Sequence record: PV654397.1
Strand: one strand, 5' to 3'
DNA length: 64,000 nt
Shown: positions 17,588 to 24,576 of the stretch, piece by piece
Position numbering within the stretch: the first letter of the stretch is position 1
How the letters are laid out: each line of letters opens with the position of its first letter
Notes under the pieces: model-generated
The model's database searches: none
Told to the model about the DNA's origin: nothing
What the model saw: the letters and a program-made list of their open reading frames with translations, nothing else
Position numbers and translations under genes: made by a program

Positions 17588-18199
17588 TTAATATTCGATT
17601 GATTCCACTACGCCATCAATAACATTGAATTGATACTCGTTACCCTCAATCAGTGCCGTAATGTTTTCAGTAGTGAATTGATCCTCATATGCATTCTCTA
17701 AATCACGGTACAACTTGCGGGACAATTCACGAATAGTTTCAGTGAGTAGTTCCTCAAGCTCATTAACTAACGTTTCTTGTTTTGCGGTTAAATCAGTGTA
17801 AGCCGATTCAATGTACCCGCTTACCGTGTTTTCGTGTGCGTAGCGAGAGTGTGAACGTTCTACACTCATTGCCAAATCATCTTCATTCAACAAGTGACGG
17901 ATAGAACGATATTTCGTTAACGCTTTAATCTTGCGTAAAAACTTCACTGCGTCCACGCTGTCAGTACTGATTGATGCACCGTCACCCTGGGACCAAAAAC
18001 CGCTGAATTGTATTTCAGCTTCATTAATGCCATATTCCGGTAGTACTGTTTCTTTATAGTATTCAATTTCACTTTCAGAAAAATAATTGTCGTTTGAGTT
18101 TTTTTCACGTTCCCGAACCAGTTCGATAGCTGACGTTTGTTGTTCTGCGTTCAATTCAGAAAAAGCCATAACATAAGTAGTAGTAGTGATAGTTTTCAT
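17588..18199 (-). CDS. FSGFWSQGDG-motif protein (family seen on plasmids and phages, often auto-annotated as an antitoxin)
   Basis: TTTYVMAFSELNAEQQ N-terminus and IQFSGFWSQGDGAS core; family assignment from memory. Confidence 0.6.
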   Translation of the reverse strand: MKTITTTTYVMAFSELNAEQQTSAIELVREREKNSNDNYFSESEIEYYKETVLPEYGINEAEIQFSGFWSQGDGASISTDSVDAVKFLRKIKALTKYRSIRHLLNEDDLAMSVERSHSRYAHENTVSGYIESAYTDLTAKQETLVNELEELLTETIRELSRKLYRDLENAYEDQFTTENITALIEGNEYQFNVIDGVVESIEY

Positions 18200-18261
18200 T
18201 TTGTAACCCTCATTCAGTAGTTGATGTAAGTATTATACGCTTTTAAAAACATTTGTCAAAC

Positions 18262-18346
18262 TATTTTATCAGGGGAGTTTTTCGTGTGCCTTACTCCTGG
18301 GCTACTTAACGGGAAGTTACTTATTTCGTTCCCCGTCCTGATGTAA
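18262..18346 (-). ncRNA. two-hairpin RNA candidate with AAG-N4-ACGAAAA loop, copy B
   Basis: Near-identical to 6772-6856, with differences in the N4 loop segment and one stem. Confidence 0.55.
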
Positions 18347-18423
18347 AACATTATACGCCTTTAAACATAGTTTGCAAGTACTTTTTAAAAATAGTTTTCA
18401 GTACTGAATATTAAAAAAAAGTA

Positions 18424-18596
18424 TTGACAGCATTATCAAGTACTGGCATAATATACCCCATGACAACAGCTAACCCACCGGGTGCACAATTGTAACTATA
18501 CTAAACTAATTTTGCTATAGATACACTCCCGCACCCTATGGGCTACGGCTTATCTGCCAATGAATACATTATGCCAGTACTGACAAAATAAGTCAA
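18424..18596. promoter_or_regulatory. convergent promoter pair, each followed by a CCC-N3-GGGTGC motif (copies 7 and 8), motifs 45 bp apart
   Basis: Plus TTGACA-17-CATAAT 18424-18452, motif 18473-18485; minus TTGACT-17-CATAAT 18596-18568, motif 18543-18531. Confidence 0.65.
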
Positions 18597-18626
18597 TACC
18601 GGCAATTGTAAAGATTTGTAAACTGC

Positions 18627-18857
18627 TTATACTGCAATCGCGTCCAGGCTGTAATAATAATAAGTGCCGTATTGGTGTACTTTATTACCTTTTATTTCAG
18701 TACTGAATGAATCCGAACGATTTGCATATGATGTTAATTTAAAGTACTTTGATTTGCTGATACGTTGCCATACACCACAGATCCGCTGTAAGTAAGTAGT
18801 TTTATTCGTGGTAGTATCTTTTACGGTTTTAACTTCAGTCATATACATATTAGTCAT
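18627..18857 (-). CDS. hypothetical early protein (76 aa)
   Basis: GGAG SD, promoter and hairpin. Confidence 0.7.
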   Translation of the reverse strand: MTNMYMTEVKTVKDTTTNKTTYLQRICGVWQRISKSKYFKLTSYANRSDSFSTEIKGNKVHQYGTYYYYSLDAIAV

Positions 18858-18944
18858 TTTTATTACTCCAGGTTATAGGCGGGAAGTGTTCCCGCTCTCG
18901 ATGTAAAACATTATACGCCATTAAACATAGTTTGCAAGTACTTT

Positions 18945-19211
18945 TTATTCAAGTACTGCAATCTTTTTTGTACGGTACACGGTCACGCGGTTGCCCTTTC
19001 GGTCGAGCTTTATTTCTACCACTCGACGCGATACACTATCGGGACTTTTTAAGGCCGCTAACCAGTACTGTAATGATCTGGCGGTACTACGCTTTACAAT
19101 GGCCCAACGTTTACCACGTTCCGATTGTACGCCCATATCTTTAAACGTTGCCCCGTCCTGGCGTGCGGCGATCCGAGCTTGTTCACGCGTCGCAAAATAC
19201 TTAATATTCAT
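18945..19211 (-). CDS. early protein, paralog of 5259-5654
   Basis: Start trimmed to MNIKYFATRE; shared motifs. Confidence 0.75.
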   Translation of the reverse strand: MNIKYFATREQARIAARQDGATFKDMGVQSERGKRWAIVKRSTARSLQYWLAALKSPDSVSRRVVEIKLDRKGNRVTVYRTKKIAVLE

Positions 19212-19299
19212 GCTGTTGCCCTTATCGTTGGTGTATGAATAAAACACTATTATAAAGTACTATCCCCGTGCAATAGTACTTTAAATAAATTCTATTCTA

Positions 19300-19539
19300 T
19301 TACATTCCAACCATCGCCGCACGGATCGCAGTAGTGCTATATTTGAATCCGTCCGGTGTTTTATCTTGTCCAGTCTGTTCTAAAAATAACATCATATGAC
19401 GGGCCGCATCATTGCGATTAGTGTTGTCGTTAATAAAATCCAGGGCCAACCGATACAATCCCTCATCGTTATTAATCCACAGGCTTACATTCCAATGAGT
19501 TTTGTTTTTGTGACCTAAGAACATTTTTGATTTAGCCAT
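19300..19539 (-). CDS. early protein, paralog of 17258-17497
   Basis: Start trimmed to MAKSKMF; shared motifs. Confidence 0.8.
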   Translation of the reverse strand: MAKSKMFLGHKNKTHWNVSLWINNDEGLYRLALDFINDNTNRNDAARHMMLFLEQTGQDKTPDGFKYSTTAIRAAMVGM

Positions 19540-19632
19540 TTTTTTAATCCTCTTATATAGTGGGGAACTATTCCCCACCTGATGTAAAACATTATACGCT
19601 TTTAAACATAGTTTGCAAGTACTTTATTAAAC

Positions 19633-19995
19633 TTATTTGTAAATTTTGCCACTGTCAGCCCATACCAGGAAACGAGGCATATTATCCCATGCATCTTGTT
19701 TTAAGTTTAAGCCGTGCAATTCCTCAGTTGTTGCCATCCCTGGTACTGGCTTACTACACACCGCGAAATTTTCGCCCATATACTGATAAACCATCGTCAA
19801 ATCATTTGAGATCATTATATGGATCATTGAATCCAGCATCAAAGTAGCGGCGTATTGTTCACGCTTAAGCGGCAACATTGCAATAAGTTCCCGATAAGCT
19901 GCAATGTGAATTTTTACCGTTTCAGCCGGAAGACCTTTCATCTCATCGCGGAAGTTTACCAGGTTAAGCATGATTTTATTGATTTGAGTCGCCAT
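19633..19995 (-). CDS. hypothetical early protein (MATQINKI...), first ORF of the early block
   Basis: Start trimmed; SD, leader hairpin and promoter. Confidence 0.7.
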   Translation of the reverse strand: MATQINKIMLNLVNFRDEMKGLPAETVKIHIAAYRELIAMLPLKREQYAATLMLDSMIHIMISNDLTMVYQYMGENFAVCSKPVPGMATTEELHGLNLKQDAWDNMPRFLVWADSGKIYK

Positions 19996-20305
19996 CGTTT
20001 TAATCTCTCTTAATGTGTAGCGGGAAGTGTTCCCGCTCTCGATGTAAAACATTATACGCTTTTATCAGTACGGTGCAAGTACTTTCTACAAATACTTTTA
20101 AAATAGTTTTCTTTCTATATAGGAGTACTATTATTCAGTACTGAATCAATCCACCAAATCATCCCTATACCCCGTAAAACGGCCTCAGACGCATTCTAAC
20201 GCATTAATACACCTAAGCTATACATTTGCACCACTCCCAACAATCCAGGGCGTTACGGGCCGTTTAAACGCGTTAAATTATTTTCAATTATTTTGTTTTT
20301 AGGTA

Positions 20306-20499
20306 TTGACTTGATCCTGAAAAAGCGTATAATTACTACATAGACGCGAGAAAGCGGAAACCCCAGAGGGTGCGGAATTACGCCCAAAATTCAAGATATA
20401 AAAAAAGGATACACTCCCGCACCCTAGCAGGTAAACGCACTTTCTCAGTACTGAAATATAGTACCATAGTCCGGCCCAGGATAGCAAGCAAATTAATTA
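20306..20499. promoter_or_regulatory. second convergent promoter pair with CCC-N3-GGGTGC motifs (copies 9 and 10), 45 bp apart
   Basis: Plus TTGACT-16-TATAAT 20306-20333, motif ends 20373; minus TTGCTA-18-TACTAT, degenerate motif begins 20419. Confidence 0.55.
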
Positions 20500-20521
20500 A
20501 AACTTTTTTGCTTCCAGGGTA

Positions 20522-20615
20522 TTGCTTTATTTTTTCAGTACTGTATAATAGTTCCATCAAGTCGAGAAAGACTCAAGCCCACCGGGTGCATAGTTACGCC
20601 CAAAATTCAGTACTG
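20522..20615 (+). ncRNA. promoter plus CCC-N3-GGGUGC motif RNA candidate, copy 11
   Basis: TTGCTT-16-TATAAT, GTC-GAGAAA-GAC hairpin, GCCCACCGGGTGC; no ORF. Confidence 0.5.
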
Positions 20616-20646
20616 AAAAAATTTTTAAAAATATCCGTCCAGGTCG

Positions 20647-20675
20647 TTGACATTGCCCCCAGTTTATAAGATAAT
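20647..20675 (+). promoter_or_regulatory. sigma70-type promoter firing into the ORF-free zone
   Basis: TTGACA-17-GATAAT. Confidence 0.6.
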
Positions 20676-20771
20676 GATTCCAGATTCAGAAAAATCTAAC
20701 TCCAGATACTGCGGGGAAACTATCCCCACGCGGTAGGGGAACTATTGGAAAAACAAAATAAAATTTTGATT

Positions 20772-20940
20772 TAGCCGTCTATACTTCCAGACGTGTAACC
20801 ATCTAGCCGTTTAGCCATCCAGCCATCCAGAAATCTAGCCGTTTAGCCGTCTAGATGGATAGCCATCTTTACTTCCAGACTTCTGGAGGGCTAGACATAT
20901 CTACGCCCAAAATCCATCCAGGGTAACTACACCCAAAATC
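20772..20940. repeat. cluster of AGCC(G/A)T x7, TACTTCCAGAC x2 and TAC(G/A)CCCAAAATC x2
   Basis: Read directly; partly 8-bp tandem periodicity. Confidence 0.75.
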
Positions 20941-21269
20941 CGTCAGTACTATACCATAGATCTATCTTTTGAAAGGGAGTATTCAGTACTGCCATCATAG
21001 CCCTCACTATGTTACCCTAGGAGGATGAAGACTATCATGTAGTACTGAATACTGTTAGAGGGAATCCACCAGCTTGTGCTGGTGGCATAATGCTTTAGAT
21101 TAAAATCAGTACTGATACCATTCTGTTAATATCAGTACTGTTATTACGATTTTCATATGAGGTTCAAAAAGATGTACCACCACAGGAGGAACTATCTTTT
21201 CTGTACTGTCTCACGACAGGAGGTAGAGTAAATGAATTGTTCGCAGCAACTCATCACCCTATGTAGAAC

Positions 21270-21297
21270 ATTATACAGTACTGAATCATAAAGTCAA
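21270..21297 (-). promoter_or_regulatory. sigma70-type promoter with no convincing downstream ORF
   Basis: TTGACT ttatgattc AGTACT g TATAAT. Confidence 0.65.
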
Positions 21298-21572
21298 TAA
21301 CTTTCTTTCATCTTTCAGTACTGATATTCTTGAGAACTACCCGACTACAAACATCATTATATCCCACAAATCATAAACGTCCCAACGTAAATTTCAACTT
21401 TCGAAGATCCAACTTTTATTTCATAGGTACTCCAAAATTTTTAGGATCGAGATTTAGGATGGAGTACTAACCAACTTTTTGCTGGAGCCTCAAGGGGTAA
21501 TTGAATTTTACCCCGAAGGGTAAAGGGGTAATTGAAATTAAGGTGAAAGTAATAATTCAGTACTAATCATTG

Positions 21573-21842
21573 CGTGATTACTTTTGATTACATTTGATGT
21601 AATTTGCAAAATGGAAAAGGAGCTTGGAAACTACAAAGTACGGCAGACTTCCTCTGCCTACTTAGTGGCATATCGACACCTTCAGTACTGAATACTTTTG
21701 GGGCAGTACTGAATCCTTCCCTAGCATTCTTGAGTAATCTTGTCTATAATAATCAGTACTGAATCATATATAATCATTCTGTGATTCTACGGTGCTCATA
21801 TAAATGTTTATATATGATTACTTATGACTACATATGATTACG
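21573..21842. repeat. two triplets of 10-bp phased TGATTAC-like repeats (21573-21602 and 21813-21842)
   Basis: CGTGATTACT TTTGATTACA TTTGATGTAA; TATGATTACT TATGACTACA TATGATTACG. Confidence 0.6.
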
Positions 21843-21964
21843 GGGTTTAGCCTGGGGAGAATCCTAGTGATCGCATTTGTCCAGGCTGAATTTTAACAAT
21901 TCTTCTAATTGTTAAAGCCTGTCCAATGCTTTCCCTGCGGAGCTTCCCCTGTCTATATGTTGAA

Positions 21965-22171
21965 TTACTTCCTATATATAAGCATTAACATATAGTAGTA
22001 CTGATTATGCTGTACATTCTCTTTAATATTATAAGGGTCTATAGCAATCTCGGTACATCTGTTAAATGCATAGCTATTAAATGCCAGTACTATTATAGAT
22101 CTAATCCATGCTTGGTCAGTCGGTGGTAGTTTACTTATATAGTACTCTTTATAGTTTTTTATGTTCTGCAT
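21965..22171 (-). CDS. ~60-aa paralog array member (KEYY...L.LIY family)
   Basis: KEYYISKL start, MLMLIYRK end; packed operon. Confidence 0.7.
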   Translation of the reverse strand: MQNIKNYKEYYISKLPPTDQAWIRSIIVLAFNSYAFNRCTEIAIDPYNIKENVQHNQYYYMLMLIYRK

Positions 22172-22182
22172 AGTATACCTTA

Positions 22183-22374
22183 TTATTTCAAAGTACCATA
22201 TAGTACTCTTAATAGGAAGTAGTACGTATTAGAGATATCATTAGTAGTTAAAACAATCTTTGTACACATATTAAATTCGTATTGAGTCATTGCCAGGGGG
22301 ATTAAATTGTTAACCCATGCTTGTTCGTTTTCTTTTAGTTTACTTATATAGAAATCTTTATGTTCTTTATTCAT
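22183..22374 (-). CDS. ~60-aa paralog array member
   Basis: KDFYISKL...PL...F..C. Confidence 0.7.
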   Translation of the reverse strand: MNKEHKDFYISKLKENEQAWVNNLIPLAMTQYEFNMCTKIVLTTNDISNTYYFLLRVLYGTLK

Positions 22375-22576
22375 ATAGGAATAGTATACCTATGATGCCG
22401 GAGTACATATTAGTACTGTTATTATTGGCGTTTGCGTTTAAAGTCATTTGAATACAATTATTGTAGCATACTCTGCCGAAATAAGTATCAGTACTTAAAG
22501 GTGCTGTAGTCCTTAGAAACATTTGTTCTGTGGGGCTGAGGTGTTTGGAATAGAATTCTTTATGTTCTTTATTCAT
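22367..22576 (-). CDS. ~60-aa paralog array member
   Basis: KEFYSKHL; very similar to 22950-23156. Confidence 0.75.
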   Translation of the reverse strand: MNKEHKEFYSKHLSPTEQMFLRTTAPLSTDTYFGRVCYNNCIQMTLNANANNNSTNMYSGIIGILFLYE

Positions 22577-22581
22577 ATTAG

Positions 22582-22767
22582 TTAGTGTCTGTATATAAGT
22601 AATAGTAAGAATACGTACTGCACCTGTTCATCTTTAGTATTGAGTACTGTACGTATTGCGTCATGGAACAAGAATATAGTACTTGGGTCATTAGAATTTA
22701 AGGGGTTTACGGGGACGGCGTGTTTGTAGTTCCCTTTAACAAATTGTATATAGTATTCTCTATGCAT
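22582..22767 (-). CDS. ~60-aa paralog array member
   Basis: REYY...LLLIYRH. Confidence 0.7.
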   Translation of the reverse strand: MHREYYIQFVKGNYKHAVPVNPLNSNDPSTIFLFHDAIRTVLNTKDEQVQYVFLLLLIYRH

Positions 22768-22768
22768 A

Positions 22769-22957
22769 TCAGTACCTATATATTAGGGCGAGAATGTAGT
22801 ACAGTTTATATGTATTATAATCTGGGTTGATAGCACATAGTGTGTGGTAGTGGAATTGTTTGGTATTTTTCTTATCCTTGATATCTATTGGGTTTAGTGG
22901 TATAAGCATTTGGGAGTTTAGTTCCAGATGGTTTAAGTAGAATTCTTTGTTATTCAT
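22769..22957 (-). CDS. ~60-aa paralog array member
   Basis: KEFYLNHL...LALIYRY. Confidence 0.7.
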   Translation of the reverse strand: MNNKEFYLNHLELNSQMLIPLNPIDIKDKKNTKQFHYHTLCAINPDYNTYKLYYILALIYRY

Positions 22958-23156
22958 AGAAGAATATTAGTCCCATTACGCCTGAGTATTGAATATTTTT
23001 GTTATTGTTTTCTAAAGCTTCTAGAGTAATACGTATACAATTATTAAAGCAATCTCTGGCGTGTGGTGTATCTAAACTTAAAGGTGATACACTCCTTAGA
23101 AACATTTGTTCTGATGCACTGAGGTGTTTGGTGTAAAATTCTTTCTGTTCGTTCAT
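22950..23156 (-). CDS. ~60-aa paralog array member
   Basis: KEFYTKHL; very similar to 22367-22576. Confidence 0.75.
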   Translation of the reverse strand: MNEQKEFYTKHLSASEQMFLRSVSPLSLDTPHARDCFNNCIRITLEALENNNKNIQYSGVMGLIFFYE

Positions 23157-23166
23157 ATTGGCCTCT

Positions 23167-23355
23167 TTAGTACACGAAAGCTAGGTACAGTGTATGATAC
23201 AGTACTCGATGATAGCTATCAAAATCTAGTATACATGCTTTAGTGCACATAGTAAAGTACACTTTATCGTTTTGAGCATTGATACCGCGAGGTTTATCTA
23301 ATAGATTAGTACTGAGGTACATTGGGAAATATTTTGTGTAGTATTCTTTATGCAT
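23167..23355 (-). CDS. ~60-aa paralog array member (start trimmed to MHKEYY)
   Basis: Family motif. Confidence 0.7.
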   Translation of the reverse strand: MHKEYYTKYFPMYLSTNLLDKPRGINAQNDKVYFTMCTKACILDFDSYHRVLYHTLYLAFVY

Positions 23356-23356
23356 A

Positions 23357-23539
23357 TTAGTACCTGAATATAAGTAGGATAGTGTTATATAATTGGTCAT
23401 AACTACTACTATTTTCTATACTTCGTTCTATGCAGTTATTGAATCCCAGTACTGCCAAATCGTTATCCAGGGGGACTTTGTATCTGGCGTAGTGTTCAAA
23501 AATGCTGGGGAGAAATTGTGTGTAGTATTCTTTGTGCAT
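23357..23539 (-). CDS. ~60-aa paralog array member
   Basis: MHKEYY...LLIFRY. Confidence 0.7.
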   Translation of the reverse strand: MHKEYYTQFLPSIFEHYARYKVPLDNDLAVLGFNNCIERSIENSSSYDQLYNTILLIFRY

Positions 23540-23540
23540 A

Positions 23541-23732
23541 TTAGTACTTATATATTAGTAAAAGGATGTGATACAGTACTCGATTATAGTCTTCAATATA
23601 TATCGAGGATTTAGTGCACTGAATGAAGTAGTCTTTTTCGTAGTTTTTTTCTATACCCAATGGTTCTGTTGGTAGAAGGTGTTGGAGATACATTGGGAGT
23701 TTCTCTATGTAGTATTCTTTGTGGTTATTCAT
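23541..23732 (-). CDS. ~60-aa paralog array member
   Basis: KEYYIEKL...LLLIYKY. Confidence 0.7.
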   Translation of the reverse strand: MNNHKEYYIEKLPMYLQHLLPTEPLGIEKNYEKDYFIQCTKSSIYIEDYNRVLYHILLLIYKY

Positions 23733-23740
23733 ATTATGTG

Positions 23741-23914
23741 TTATTTCGTGAAAACAAGGGTTAGTACTGCATAGTACAAGTCATACGTATCTTTAGGGTT
23801 AATAGCACCTTTAATACATTCTTTCATTACTTCATTATAGATAATTTTAGTACTGAATGTATTGGATGTTACTATATCGGAATTAAGGTACGAGAGGTAG
23901 AATTCTTTATACAT
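23741..23914 (-). CDS. ~60-aa paralog array member (start trimmed to MYKEFY)
   Basis: Family motif. Confidence 0.7.
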   Translation of the reverse strand: MYKEFYLSYLNSDIVTSNTFSTKIIYNEVMKECIKGAINPKDTYDLYYAVLTLVFTK

Positions 23915-24566
23915 AGTTTGAAATATACGTAATGAGGTGATGAAATTTCTTATCAGTACTGATAAGTTCCTGTACATGTTTTGTTAGTTTGTACGCGTTT
24001 TTATAGAGTCCTGGATTATCGATTACAGTACTGTACATGAATTCTTCTTCCTCGGATAATTCTTTGTGTTCTAGTTCTTTGAGGAATTGCAGTACTGTAT
24101 CAGTTTCGTTAGTACGTTGCTTTTGGAAGAAGTGCATGTTATCGTGTATTTTTTCTGAACCCATGCAGTACATATCGCCGATTTGGAATTGTGCAGTACT
24201 GATATCATGGGTGCTATTACAATTCCCGAAGAAGTATACATTCCCGAAAGATAGAATTATAGTGCACGGGATATTATCCATGTGTATATAGATAGATGCA
24301 TTCTTTAGTGCTTTTGTGCTGGTATTAGTACTCAATACTTTTAAATCAGTATTATAGATATTAATAAAAGCAAGAGCTATATTATTTTTCTTCAAGTACG
24401 ATTTGAGGTTCTTAGATACGAGAACATTTCTGGATTTTTTCTTTTTATTTCGTTTCTTTAGTACACACGGGTCGTAAGTATATGCTGGTGTAAAAGATTC
24501 TGCTTGAATACTGTTGAGGTATTTAAAGTGCTTAAGGTATTGTTTGCTGTGTGCATTAAGTTTCAT
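23907..24566 (-). CDS. hypothetical protein (219 aa) with LSEEE-F-YS C-terminal motif
   Basis: AAGGA SD; ELSEEEEFMYS resembles 43041-43691 and 60957-61529. Confidence 0.75.
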   Translation of the reverse strand: MKLNAHSKQYLKHFKYLNSIQAESFTPAYTYDPCVLKKRNKKKKSRNVLVSKNLKSYLKKNNIALAFINIYNTDLKVLSTNTSTKALKNASIYIHMDNIPCTIILSFGNVYFFGNCNSTHDISTAQFQIGDMYCMGSEKIHDNMHFFQKQRTNETDTVLQFLKELEHKELSEEEEFMYSTVIDNPGLYKNAYKLTKHVQELISTDKKFHHLITYISNYV

Positions 24567-24576
24567 TTGGTTTCCT

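Noticed and set aside
18879-20040. GTGTTCCCGC leader hairpins as type I-E repeat fragments
   Set aside because: The match is about 10 nt and these are ordinary members of the leader-hairpin family with different loops.
1400-20615. CCC-N3-GGGTGC units as solitary type I-C CRISPR repeat mimics (Racr)
   Set aside because: They share only CCC..GGGTGC with I-C repeats and lack the 5' GTCGC arm and the 3' GGATTGAAA handle.
648-20669. Plus-strand ORFs in the early region (for example 648-992, 2475-2749, 7717-8085, 14313-14805, 20370-20669)
   Set aside because: Antisense shadows of well-supported minus-strand genes or regulatory DNA, with no SD or promoter support.
21356-21424. 22-aa ORF MKIKVGSS... 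in the ORF-free zone
   Set aside because: It has a GGAG SD but is very short, with no promoter or homology support; cannot be supported.
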